Shown: positions 51,584 to 60,923 of the stretch, piece by piece
Layout: the number at the start of each line of letters is the position of its first letter
Numbering within the stretch: position 1 is the first letter of the stretch
Notes under the pieces: model-generated
The model's database searches: none
What the model saw: the letters and a program-made list of their open reading frames with translations, nothing else
Told to the model about the DNA's origin: nothing
DNA from: Candidatus Woykebacteria bacterium
Lineage (GTDB): Bacteria > Patescibacteriota > Microgenomatia > Woykebacterales > RBG-16-39-9b
Length of the DNA stretch: 64,000 bases
Direction: 5' to 3'
Assembly: GCA_040876345.1 (NCBI GenBank)
Contig: JBBDPM010000006.1
Location: 6,803 to 70,802 of the forward strand
Program-made: the position numbers and the translations under genes

Positions 51584-51733
51584 GTGATATTTGACAACCC
51601 AGTTCCAACTTCAGATCCAAATCCAGTGCCAGGTGGTGACCAGGGTGGTGCAGCTCCAACAGGTGACGGCGAAGGCCAGGGAGGCGACGCTCAACCTAGT
51701 GGTGATGATAAGCCAGCCGGTGGTGGAATGTAG
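51584..51733 (+). CDS. Small Gly/Pro/Asp-rich peptide (49 aa) with perfect Shine-Dalgarno
   Basis: AAAGGAGGTGA 6 nt before the GTG. ORF VIFDNPVPTSDPNPVPGGDQGGAAPTGDGEGQGGDAQPSGDDKPAGGGM. Absent from the >=60-aa ORF track. Confidence 0.45.
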   Translation: MIFDNPVPTSDPNPVPGGDQGGAAPTGDGEGQGGDAQPSGDDKPAGGGM

Positions 51734-51814
51734 AATTTATTAATTCTTTCATCAAATCTTTAAGAAAAATTAAATACTTTCTTAATTAGTTTGTTTGGTG
51801 ATGGGGGCGAAGAC

Positions 51815-52318
51815 TTACCTGGTTTTGGAAAAATTGGTAACTAAGGCAATTGATCCGTTTGGTATTATGTGAACTGAACCGTCTTTGTCGCGTAGTTTTA
51901 CAGTCCGAAGTGTCATTTTCTCAACATTACCTTTTTTTCCGGAAATTTCAACTTCGTCTCCTTCACTAAACTGATTTTCCATTAGGATAAAGGCGCCAGA
52001 GATAACATCTTTCACTAGTGTCTGGGCGCCAAAGCCAACTGCCAAACCCAAAATACCTGCACTTGCAAGAAGTGGGGTTATATCAAATCCAATTTCCCGA
52101 AGAATCATAAATGCAGCCACTACCCAAATCAGTGTCGAAATGGCCGCTTTTACAAGACTTGTAAGAGTTTTAAGCCTCTTACCTTTGGGGGTACCAGCCG
52201 AAATAGCCACCACAAAGCTTTTAGTTAGAAATTGAGTGGCTAGCCAAGTAAGAAAGGCGATTAATAATATGTAGATGATTTTTATCGTGCTTACAGTAAT
52301 TTCCACCGCTTTAATCAT
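51815..52318 (-). CDS. mscS: Small-conductance mechanosensitive channel (MscS family)
   Basis: Two TM helices plus a pore-lining Gly/Ala-rich helix (AGILGLAVGFGAQTLV) and beta-domain. Confidence 0.8.
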   Translation of the reverse strand: MIKAVEITVSTIKIIYILLIAFLTWLATQFLTKSFVVAISAGTPKGKRLKTLTSLVKAAISTLIWVVAAFMILREIGFDITPLLASAGILGLAVGFGAQTLVKDVISGAFILMENQFSEGDEVEISGKKGNVEKMTLRTVKLRDKDGSVHIIPNGSIALVTNFSKTR

Positions 52319-52589
52319 AACACAAAAACTCTATTTGAAATTTAAACTTCTTTAAACTAAACTTTCCTTATGAAAACTGGTTTAGCCACACTTGCGTTAC
52401 ACGGAGGCTCAGCCAAAAGTTAGTAAAATACCGTAAAGTATACGTTTGCTCACATAGGTAAAGACGGTACACCTTGTGGTACAGCGCCTCCAAACTTCAC
52501 TTCTTTGACCCATAGTCTTGTATTTTAGTTCTATTTACATTAAAATAAGATCAGAGGACAAATCAGCGAGGATAGAGTTCAAGGAGGAT

Positions 52590-52913
52590 ATGAGGAATAT
52601 AATGAAACAGCTCCGACCAGTCCCCCTGGCAATTCTGGCGGCCTTGTCATTGTACCCACGCCCAGTCTCAGAGATTGCAACGGAAGTAGGGGAAATGATT
52701 GGCGAACCAGTCAGCGCACCAACTCTCTACGGAGTGACTGGATCCCTTCTCAGGCTTGGGTAACTTGAGGTTGACACGAACCGTACCATCAATCGGCGCT
52801 CCCTCTACCTGAAAATCACCAAAATCAGGCACCGAGCGCTCGAAGAGGGTACACGGAGACTGGAGCGCCTCACAAGCTACCTACGTCAACCTTCACTTAG
52901 GCCAGTAACCTAG
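52590..52913 (+). pseudogene. PadR-family transcriptional regulator interrupted by an in-frame TAA (52761-52763)
   Basis: The N-terminal winged-helix part (PLAILAALSLYPRPVSEIATEV...APTLYGVTGSLLRLG) and the C-terminal part (LEVD...NRRSLYLKITKIRHRALEE) are in the same frame, separated by a single TAA. AAGGAGG upstream. Confidence 0.55.
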
Positions 52914-53028
52914 TGCTTGGCATCTTGAAAGGAGGTAAGAAGAGAGATGCCACATCTATTCAATTAAGAATTAATAATTCAGAATTAAAAATCCCTTAAA
53001 CATCTAAAGTGTACCTCTTTTTTTATTT

Positions 53029-54093
53029 TTATGTTAAATCAGAAGGCAAGGCTGTTTTTTCTATTCTAATTCCAAGTGTTTTGGCCAGATCAGCTCTCTT
53101 CCAAGGTGCATCTACCTCAATATCTGGTAGCCCGGAAACTTTTCTAATTGGCGGCTGATGAGGATCTTTCCTAAGTGTTTCCGGGATTAAGTCTTCTTCC
53201 CAAACGTAGCGCCGCTCCACTCTCTCGCCAGTATCAAAATCAACCATCTCCTGCGTCTTCGGAATTGTAACTTCGTAATCAACTTTGTCTTGCTGTTCAG
53301 CGCGATAAAAGATCAGTCTGACTTCGTCACCAGTAGTAACAATTTGTAATTTCTTACCACCGAAATTAAGTTCCTCAACTTCCCCAAAGGACTGGGTATG
53401 ACCATCATGCTCTAATTTTTCTGCGCCGTTTTTTAAGGTCAAAATTAAATCAGACCTATGAAATCGGAACTCTGGTTTATAATCACTTCTAAAAATTTCT
53501 GTGGCACGATTAACTGTAACCTCACTTAGTTCCTCTTGTTCGTATGTAACCTCCAAACCCTCATCTCTAACAATCTGAAAAAAACGCATATCATCCCGAT
53601 ATCTTCTTAACCAAACGGCTTCAGAAGTCGGCATCTTAAAACCTTGATGACTCTTACTTCCTTTTAATAGATCAGGAGAAATCTGATCTCTACCAAGGCT
53701 AAACTCCGAATATGGTTTGTCAAGTGATGTATTTACCCAAAAACTTGATTGTATCTCGAAGTCGATAATCTTTTGATCATCTTCCAACAATCTTTGATTA
53801 AACCTGTAAAAATATCTTGCTCCTGAAATTGAATCTCCGTGATCAAATCTATCCGCCGCAAAAAGGTGATCTGGGTCAATTTGTCGTGGATTACCGTCAA
53901 GTAGTACCACACGTCTGTCAGCGAACTTTTGAAACTCTTTTTTTACATATTCTGGAATTGAAATATCAACTGAGCCTAATGGGGTAGAGGATTCATCACT
54001 ATTTGGGCCGTTATTGATTTCCTTGGGGATTCCGGTTATGTCTTCCGGACCAACCGGATTCTCATATTCATCAACGGCTAACATCAAATTCAC
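53029..54093 (-). CDS. Hypothetical 354-aa acidic protein co-transcribed with a receiver domain
   Basis: Start overlaps the stop of the upstream receiver gene (ATGA). No motif recognised. Confidence 0.6.
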   Translation of the reverse strand: MNLMLAVDEYENPVGPEDITGIPKEINNGPNSDESSTPLGSVDISIPEYVKKEFQKFADRRVVLLDGNPRQIDPDHLFAADRFDHGDSISGARYFYRFNQRLLEDDQKIIDFEIQSSFWVNTSLDKPYSEFSLGRDQISPDLLKGSKSHQGFKMPTSEAVWLRRYRDDMRFFQIVRDEGLEVTYEQEELSEVTVNRATEIFRSDYKPEFRFHRSDLILTLKNGAEKLEHDGHTQSFGEVEELNFGGKKLQIVTTGDEVRLIFYRAEQQDKVDYEVTIPKTQEMVDFDTGERVERRYVWEEDLIPETLRKDPHQPPIRKVSGLPDIEVDAPWKRADLAKTLGIRIEKTALPSDLT

Positions 54094-54503
54094 TCCAAAC
54101 CAAATTCTTTAAGATCCACTTGCGCGGGGCCTTTGGTGAAATGATCGTTTACCGCTTGAAGCACTTGGGAGGGAAGTACTCGGGCTTTAAGAAGATATCC
54201 TTGAGCTCCAATCTCAAGAGCTTGTTTAATGATAGATCCTTTACCTAAGTTAGTTAACAAATAAATTGGGGTGTCTTTATTTTGATTCCCGGGAAGCCTT
54301 ACTTCCTTGAGAACGTCAATACCAGTTTTCTTAGGAAGCATTATATCCAAAAGGATTAAATCGTACTTCTGAGTTTTAGTTTTCTCCACACCTTCCATGC
54401 CATCTTCAGCAATAAAAGTCTCGTAGTCACCTTTATTTAACTCTCTGGCATAAATATCGCGGATAAAAACATCATCCTCAATAAGTAGTATCTTTTTTTC
54501 CAT
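54090..54503 (-). CDS. Single-domain response regulator (CheY-like receiver)
   Basis: KILLIEDD...DLILLDIMLPKKTG...K receiver signature (phospho-acceptor Asp in LLDIMLP). Confidence 0.85.
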   Translation of the reverse strand: MEKKILLIEDDVFIRDIYARELNKGDYETFIAEDGMEGVEKTKTQKYDLILLDIMLPKKTGIDVLKEVRLPGNQNKDTPIYLLTNLGKGSIIKQALEIGAQGYLLKARVLPSQVLQAVNDHFTKGPAQVDLKEFGLE

Positions 54504-54607
54504 ATCCTTAGTAAAATTAAAACATAAGTAGATTGCCTTGTCTAGAAGCTTTTCTGTTGGGATTTGGTAATTGATAAGCAGTCCCTTTCCTGGTATTTTA
54601 TTAGTGC

Positions 54608-55216
54608 ATGGAAAACTTTCCCGAGGAAAGCACTAATGTAATCAAAGTCTCACCACCATCAACTTCTTCAGATAGAAGATCTTTAATTATTGCTCTCTTT
54701 GCGGTTTTGCTCATAATTGGCATCTTAACCTTCGCAGCTGGCTTCCTTATTGGTAAGCTAAATTATGCTGCTTCCAACAATAAAATCTCCAAAGAATCTT
54801 CGCCTTCAGCGGCGATTGCTGGCTGGTCTCTGTATAAAGATGACGAGGCTCAATTTGCGCTCTCCCATCCAAAAGAGTGGGACACCAAAAAGCACGAAAA
54901 AAGTGATTATGAGGGCGTAAAAATAAGCTCCAAAAAAGGCTACGTTGATCTAACTCTACTAACGGATCAACCCTTTAGCCTGAGTGAGAAACACCAAAAA
55001 GCTTTGGATAAAGAAGAGCCATTAGAAATATCGGTGGGCGAGAAAAAAGCTTCGGGAACTTCTTATAAGTACAAGGCGGGTAACTATCTAATGGTCCTTG
55101 TCCTACCAGATACTGAAACTACGCCTCAAGTAACATTTTGGCTGGAGGCTGATGAGGACCAAACTAAAGATGAAGCCCTGAAGATAGTCGAATCATTCAA
55201 GTTTTTTAGTAATTAA
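54608..55216 (+). CDS. Hypothetical membrane-anchored protein
   Basis: One TM (LIIALFAVLLIIGILTFAAGFLI), then a soluble domain. Confidence 0.5.
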   Translation: MENFPEESTNVIKVSPPSTSSDRRSLIIALFAVLLIIGILTFAAGFLIGKLNYAASNNKISKESSPSAAIAGWSLYKDDEAQFALSHPKEWDTKKHEKSDYEGVKISSKKGYVDLTLLTDQPFSLSEKHQKALDKEEPLEISVGEKKASGTSYKYKAGNYLMVLVLPDTETTPQVTFWLEADEDQTKDEALKIVESFKFFSN

Positions 55217-55220
55217 AGCT

Positions 55221-55619
55221 GTGCAAAAAACTTTCTTAGTCGAAACGAAAAGGGCAAAAGAAGTAATTGATATTACAAGTCAGGTAGAGAGCAGTATCGA
55301 CAATGTAGAGGAAGGGCTCTGCCTTGTATTTAATCTTCACACTACTTGTAGCGTAATGCTCGGAGAATTTGAGCCAGGCCTCGACCAAGATTTTATTAAC
55401 ATGTTTGAGCAGCTCAAACCAAAAGGTCCTTTTAAACACGCGCATGAGCCAGACCACGCACCTTCACACTTATTCAGCAGTATGGTAGGGGAGCAAGTGT
55501 TAGTTCCAGTCAAAAGTGGGCAAATGGTACTCGGTACCTGGCAAAGCATAATGCTTGTAGAATTCGACGGGCCAAGAAGCCGAAAAATCGTTGTTCAAAC
55601 AATTGGTCAAACGAAATAA
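55221..55619 (+). CDS. yjbQ: YjbQ/UPF0047 family (secondary thiamine-phosphate synthase-like)
   Basis: HTTCSV...GTWQSIMLVEFDGPRSR family motifs. Confidence 0.75.
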   Translation: MQKTFLVETKRAKEVIDITSQVESSIDNVEEGLCLVFNLHTTCSVMLGEFEPGLDQDFINMFEQLKPKGPFKHAHEPDHAPSHLFSSMVGEQVLVPVKSGQMVLGTWQSIMLVEFDGPRSRKIVVQTIGQTK

Positions 55620-55668
55620 CCAAAAGGAAGCTTGCGTTAAGTTTTCTTTTTAGTTAAACTAGCCTCAA

Positions 55669-56541
55669 ATGAAAAAATTCTTGCCCGCCGTCATTGTTTT
55701 GATTGTAATAGTAATTGTGGCTTCTGGCGGCTACTTTATCTACAAAACCCTCAAAGGTGGGAGCTCCACAGTAGTTTCTCAAAATGTGAGTGAAGAAGAG
55801 AAAAAAGAAAAGGCAAAGCAAGAAAGAGCCGAGCAGCAAGATCTTCTTCTGGAAAAACTGAAAGTTCTGTTCAAGCAGCAAGCCCCTGGTGCAAGCTTTA
55901 GTGTTGCCGTCTATGATCTAAATAATGATGAGTATTTTGGCTTCAATGATACTAAAGCTCAACACGCAGCCTCAGTATCCAAAGTTTTCACCTCAGTTTA
56001 CACCTACTATCTGTCCGAACAGGGTAAATTCAGCTTAACAGACATTCTAGGTGCTTATAACGTAGAGACTCAGATCAAGTACCTTATAAACCAAAGTAAT
56101 GAACCTAGCTGGGAGTTGATAGATGAATTAATAGGGAGAGACCCACAAAACAAGTTTGCAAAAAGTCTTGGTTTTGCAACAGTGGATCTACGCCTGGGCA
56201 AAAACATAATGTCTCCCAAAGATGCAACCATGCTTTTGGTGAAACTTGCCAAAGGGGAGATTATTTCGGAAGAAAACAGAGATAAGCTCTTCTCTTACAT
56301 GCAAAATACGGAAAGCGAAAATTTCTTCTCCCCTGGCTTTCCTCAAGGCACAATTTTTTATCATAAAACTGGTAAATACTTAGGTGAGGGACATGATAAT
56401 GCTTACGTAGCCCATCCGCAAAATCCATTTGTTCTGACTGTTTTTAGTAACAATACAGCCGCTCCGAGCCTAGTTGGCAGAGGAAAAGTCATGACTCTAG
56501 TAGCCCAAGAGGTTTATAATTATTTCGATAGTTTGAAATAG
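55669..56541 (+). CDS. Class A beta-lactamase-like serine hydrolase (SxxK), membrane-anchored
   Basis: N-terminal TM; SVSK motif; beta-lactamase/PBP-like length. Confidence 0.6.
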   Translation: MKKFLPAVIVLIVIVIVASGGYFIYKTLKGGSSTVVSQNVSEEEKKEKAKQERAEQQDLLLEKLKVLFKQQAPGASFSVAVYDLNNDEYFGFNDTKAQHAASVSKVFTSVYTYYLSEQGKFSLTDILGAYNVETQIKYLINQSNEPSWELIDELIGRDPQNKFAKSLGFATVDLRLGKNIMSPKDATMLLVKLAKGEIISEENRDKLFSYMQNTESENFFSPGFPQGTIFYHKTGKYLGEGHDNAYVAHPQNPFVLTVFSNNTAAPSLVGRGKVMTLVAQEVYNYFDSLK

Positions 56542-56558
56542 GAAGGGAGGTGAAATAA

Positions 56559-56732
56559 ATGGACAAAAAATCTGCCTTTATAGGGCTAATTGCTCTTTCG
56601 GCATTATCAGTATTTGTAGCCGCTCTTGATTACCTTGCAGATTTAACGCTTTTTAATCTAGGCGCGGATTCCTGGATGTTAGTCGGAATCGCCCTTGGTG
56701 TTTGGGCCCTGATTGTCAAAGAATGGAGCTAG
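56559..56732 (+). CDS. Small membrane protein (57 aa, two TM helices)
   Basis: GGGAGGTGA 7 nt before the ATG; hydrophobic helices. Confidence 0.45.
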   Translation: MDKKSAFIGLIALSALSVFVAALDYLADLTLFNLGADSWMLVGIALGVWALIVKEWS

Positions 56733-57089
56733 AAATACCCTAATATAATCGAATTATCTAATTCGAATTTATTCGAATAAAATTCGGTTGCATTGTCATG
56801 GAAGCAACCGAAAACAGTCCTCAAGATAAAATCCGAACCCGTTGCCTACATTAAAAGAGACCTCGATCTCATTAAAGATTGATCTTACAACCTCTTTAAT
56901 CTAACCCCATAGTTATTGACTCATCCGTATAAATGTGCCAATATTTACCTCTTACGTAAGCCAAACGAGCTTGTGCTAGATGAAGAGAGGAGAAGCAACG
57001 TGGAAATCACGTACGAAAGCACGATCTAACTCAAGGATCTCACAGCGATTGCTAGGGAGATCCTGCCTCAAGTCCTGGAAAAACTGGTA

Positions 57090-57416
57090 GTGGGAGACGG
57101 GCTTACTAACCCTGTCCAAACAACCCTGATCCTCCCGGAAGGCCTCGAACTGGACATTACGTCTGCAAAGGGTTTTACCCCTTTGACCGAGGATGATCTC
57201 GACAGAATGGCCAAGGGTTGGGCCGAAAAGTTCCTCGAACAACTGACGATCCGCGGCATCGAGATCTACTCGGACTTCGATCACAAGGGTGTCATACTCG
57301 AACAGGAACTGGCACCTGAAGATCGGGCTTTCATACTCGTCATGCAAGTGCAACTATCCAGAAGCTGCGACAAGCAATCGGCACGGCCTAGAATTAGAAA
57401 GAGGAGGTTCCCTTGA
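57090..57416 (+). CDS. Hypothetical 108-aa protein (GC-rich island), GTG start
   Basis: ORF with a 9-codon upstream ORF carrying AGAGGAG; overlaps the next gene by 4 nt. Confidence 0.4.
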   Translation: MGDGLTNPVQTTLILPEGLELDITSAKGFTPLTEDDLDRMAKGWAEKFLEQLTIRGIEIYSDFDHKGVILEQELAPEDRAFILVMQVQLSRSCDKQSARPRIRKRRFP

Positions 57417-57682
57417 AGATATCGGGAGAAATAACTTTCGACCAGATCGTATTGGCTGGTTCGAACTTCCTTTCGGCCTTGGAAAAGCCAGAGGAACACA
57501 AGCAAATGACTGTCGAGGGGTACACCGAAATGTTCCTTGACGGTCTGAAAGATCGAGGAATCTCCACGTGGGACGAGCTTCTCGCTGAGGACAATCGCGA
57601 GATCTTCACCGAAAGTGACCAAAAGGAGGCAGACCCACTGATGCGTCAGTTCTTAGCGGTGATCCTCCACGAAGTCACTTAA
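57413..57682 (+). CDS. Hypothetical acidic 89-aa protein (GC-rich island), TTG start
   Basis: GAGGAGG 6 nt before the TTG. Overlapped (TTGA) with the upstream ORF stop, consistent with an operon. Confidence 0.4.
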   Translation: MKISGEITFDQIVLAGSNFLSALEKPEEHKQMTVEGYTEMFLDGLKDRGISTWDELLAEDNREIFTESDQKEADPLMRQFLAVILHEVT

Positions 57683-57834
57683 CAGTCCCAACAGGGACCG
57701 TAAGCACCTGACTGCAGGGTCACAATCTTCGGAACGTGGCCCTTGCTCCTGAGGAAATCTTTGAAAAAAAGGTTTCTTGAAGAGCAAGATTACTTGTCTT
57801 GTGCAAAGACTTTTCTTGACTGAGGAAGGCAATT

Positions 57835-58197
57835 ATGACAGCTCTCTCACCAAATGCTCTAGGGATCCAACTTGGATTCTCAGGAAACCTGAGACGATTA
57901 GTTGTCGTACTTGTACCCATTATGCTCTTTCCAAAAGACAACGGAAAGCAGATAGAGGTGGTGGAAGTCTTTGACAAGGCCTCCGTGAGACTCATGCGGT
58001 ATAAAAACCTAGCCAGCGTTGGCTTCGGTGTACGCTACCGCCTAGGTCCGTCGGTGCTCGTGTGCTTCCTTCCATGGGTCCTAAAAAGAGGAAAGTGGAG
58101 GGCTAGATCACACCTGACCACCACTTCATCTATAAATTTCCAAACATTCTTCAATATCAGTTATTTAAAACAGCTTTATCTTTTGTATGGAGTATGA
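57835..58197 (+). CDS. Hypothetical 120-aa protein
   Basis: GAGGAAGG upstream of the ATG. An alternative minus-strand ORF at 57720-57995 cannot be excluded. Confidence 0.3.
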   Translation: MTALSPNALGIQLGFSGNLRRLVVVLVPIMLFPKDNGKQIEVVEVFDKASVRLMRYKNLASVGFGVRYRLGPSVLVCFLPWVLKRGKWRARSHLTTTSSINFQTFFNISYLKQLYLLYGV

Positions 58198-58564
58198 ACT
58201 TGAATAAGGAGAGGGCTCGGTGGTGGAGGTGAGATCCTCAACAACACCAAGCCTTCCGAGCAGGGCGGTGATGGTGCAATAACCGGCAGGGGTTTACTAG
58301 CACACCACCCGAACTCTCTCTTGAGTTCTTGGAGGGGGATAATCCAGTTCCTAAGCCTGGATCACTTGCAACACGGTCAAGAGGGTGCAGCTTGATATTG
58401 GGCTGAAATATCCGCGCATCATCCTCTAAACCCAAACCATCCCGTGAGGTAGACGGTTAGTTTGCAAGGAGCAGCAAGTTTTACCGACTTAAGCTCAATC
58501 CCCGTCCCTGTGGGCCGATTATAACATATTATTTCGTAGGTACAAATCCAGTATAATAGAGCTG

Positions 58565-59179
58565 ATGATAAAACTGTTATCTTTTGGCGCAATAATCTTA
58601 CTTATTGCTGGTGGCGTTTTGTTTTTCTTAGTAAAAAGATCTGAAGGTGAAAAAATTAGTCGAGATGATTTAATCATATTTTTTGGTGACAGCTTAACAG
58701 CTGGGGTTGGAGCAGTTCTTGGGGAAGATTACCCCTCCGTGGTTGCAAAAGATATTGGCCTGACCAACTCAATCAATGCCGGGATCTCAGGCGACACTAC
58801 TGAAACTGCCTTACAAAGACTGGAAATAGATGTGTTATCTAAAAAACCCTCTTTAGTAGTTGTTTTCCTGGGTGGAAATGATTTTCTAAAGAGAGCCCCA
58901 ACGAAGGAGACAACGGAAAATGTAGACGAGATCGTCCGCAAAATTTCTGAGACAGGATCTAAGGTTATTTTAGTTCACATTCGATCTAACATCTTGAGCG
59001 ATAAATACCTATCTCCTGCTGAAGAAATCGCTAAAAAATATAAAGCAGAGTTTGTGGCCGATGTTTTGAACGGAATTTTAACTAACCCTGAACTTATGTC
59101 CGATCAAATCCATCCTAATGCACAAGGATATAAGATACTAGCAAAGCGTATTGGGGCAGCTGTCAGAAAGTTCTTGTAA
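58565..59179 (+). CDS. SGNH/GDSL hydrolase
   Basis: FFGDSLTAG block I; GGND block. Confidence 0.75.
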   Translation: MIKLLSFGAIILLIAGGVLFFLVKRSEGEKISRDDLIIFFGDSLTAGVGAVLGEDYPSVVAKDIGLTNSINAGISGDTTETALQRLEIDVLSKKPSLVVVFLGGNDFLKRAPTKETTENVDEIVRKISETGSKVILVHIRSNILSDKYLSPAEEIAKKYKAEFVADVLNGILTNPELMSDQIHPNAQGYKILAKRIGAAVRKFL

Positions 59180-59202
59180 AGGAGTATAATTCCACCTGAT
59201 CT

Positions 59203-59772
59203 ATGAAAAAACCACCCAAAGTTAAAATCTACACAAGGACTGGAGATAGGGGTGAGACTTCTCTTTATGGCGGTAAAAGAATTAGCAAGGATCATCTTAG
59301 GGTTGAAACCTACGGGACAATTGATGAATTAAACGCTGCTCTTGGAACTGCCCATTCTTTTATTACTGACACTAAAATTCGAACGATTATTGAGAAAATT
59401 CAAAACGAACTTTTTAATATTGGTGCTGAGCTTTCAACTCCTACCAAAGTTGGAAAAGATACAAAACAAAAATTCTCTATAGGTAAAGAAAAAATACAAT
59501 ATTTGGAGAATGTAATAGATCAGTTAGATGAAAAATTACCGCTGCTTAGGAATTTTATCTTGCCCGGGGGATCAAATGCCTCGTCGTTATTACAACTTTC
59601 CCGTTCCATAGCAAGAAGAGCCGAAAGACGGCTAATAACTCTTTCCAGAAAAGAAGAAATCAACGAAAATCTTCTCTCTTACATAAATAGGCTCTCTGAC
59701 TTCCTTTTTGTTCTAGCTCGTTATTTGAATAAAAAGACCAACGGCAACGAAACAATCTGGAAAAAAGAATGA
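59203..59772 (+). CDS. ATP:cob(I)alamin adenosyltransferase (PduO-type)
   Basis: KIYTRTGDRGETSL N-terminal motif, which I read as the PduO/MMAB family. Confidence 0.8.
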   Translation: MKKPPKVKIYTRTGDRGETSLYGGKRISKDHLRVETYGTIDELNAALGTAHSFITDTKIRTIIEKIQNELFNIGAELSTPTKVGKDTKQKFSIGKEKIQYLENVIDQLDEKLPLLRNFILPGGSNASSLLQLSRSIARRAERRLITLSRKEEINENLLSYINRLSDFLFVLARYLNKKTNGNETIWKKE

Positions 59773-60881
59773 GACAAAAATCAATCCTAATTATTGGCTT
59801 GTTAACTTTTGTTTTCATAATTTATTTCTTTAAGCCAAAAATTTCTTTAGCTCCCCAAATTTTGGAATCTCCAAATGCTACGCAAAAAGAGCAAAAAGAA
59901 GAAATACAAATTCCAAAACTTTCAATTGGTGCCATCTTTGATGACAAGCTTGACACTGAGGGTTTAGACCAATCTAAGATCATCAGATTAATTGCAACCG
60001 GAGATGTAATACCAGCAAGAGGTGCAAATTGGCCCTCCGTTACAAGTGGAGATTTCACTTACAATTGGAAGAAAACTGCTTCATTTTTAAAAAATGGTGA
60101 CATAACCTTAATTAACCTTGAGTCACCCCTCACAAAAAATTGCCCGTTAATAAATGAAGGCTTTACTTTTTGCGGAGATGCTAGGCATGTTCAGGGAATT
60201 CTTTACTCAGAAGTAGATTCTGTTTCAATTTCCAACAACCATATTGGAAATTTTGGTCAGGAAGGAATAAATGAAACAACTAGCCTTCTTGAAAAAAACA
60301 AACTGGGTTGGAGTGGGTTTGGCCATTTAGACACTCAAACAGTAAAGGGGATTAGATTTGGCTTTTTAGCCTACAACGGAGTTGGCCAAAATCTCGATCT
60401 TGAAAAAATCAAATCTGAAATAAAAACTCATAAGTCCAAAGTCTATATACTAGTTGTTTCGATTCACTGGGGAGACGAGTATGTTTTGGTACCACGCGCC
60501 TATGGAAATATTGCACCAGATGATCCCAAAAAAGTGGGCCCAGAATTGATCGATGCAGGAGCAGATTTAATAATCGGAAATCACCCTCATTGGGTTCAGG
60601 GAGTTCAAATTCACGAAGACAAATTGATCGCCTATGCTCACGGGAACTTTATTTTTGACCAAACCTGGAGCAAAGAGACCCAAGAAGGGGTAGTAGGGGA
60701 GTACTTGTTTTATATTGATGATAAAAGCAAGGAGTCTAAAAAAGTTAACTTAATTGACGCTCTTTACCATCCAATTCTGGTGGATAAATCCTACCAGCCA
60801 CGATTTCTCTCAAAAAAGTCCGGACAACACATACTTGACCGCATGCTTAAATCCTCAAACCTTATTTCATCTAATAAATAG
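59769..60881 (+). CDS. CapA/PGA-synthesis family metallophosphatase-fold protein
   Basis: GDV..AR, NLESPLT, GNHPHW motifs. Confidence 0.7.
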   Translation: MRQKSILIIGLLTFVFIIYFFKPKISLAPQILESPNATQKEQKEEIQIPKLSIGAIFDDKLDTEGLDQSKIIRLIATGDVIPARGANWPSVTSGDFTYNWKKTASFLKNGDITLINLESPLTKNCPLINEGFTFCGDARHVQGILYSEVDSVSISNNHIGNFGQEGINETTSLLEKNKLGWSGFGHLDTQTVKGIRFGFLAYNGVGQNLDLEKIKSEIKTHKSKVYILVVSIHWGDEYVLVPRAYGNIAPDDPKKVGPELIDAGADLIIGNHPHWVQGVQIHEDKLIAYAHGNFIFDQTWSKETQEGVVGEYLFYIDDKSKESKKVNLIDALYHPILVDKSYQPRFLSKKSGQHILDRMLKSSNLISSNK

Positions 60882-60923
60882 TTTTTTGACAACAAAATAT
60901 AAACTACTGTAACATTAAATTAC

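Noticed and set aside
52518-52589. ORF-track start of the PadR-like gene at 52518
   Set aside because: AAGGAGG at 52581-52587 supports a start at 52590 or 52602. The upstream extension MYFSSIYIKIRSEDKSARIEFKED is not PadR-like.
58200-58520. RNase P RNA, SRP RNA or cobalamin/TPP/SAM riboswitch in the GC-rich non-coding stretch
   Set aside because: I could not find the universal motifs: RNase P GGAAAGUCCGG / AGGGUGAAA, SRP GGAAG...AGCAG, the B12 box GCCACUG, or TPP CUGAGA.
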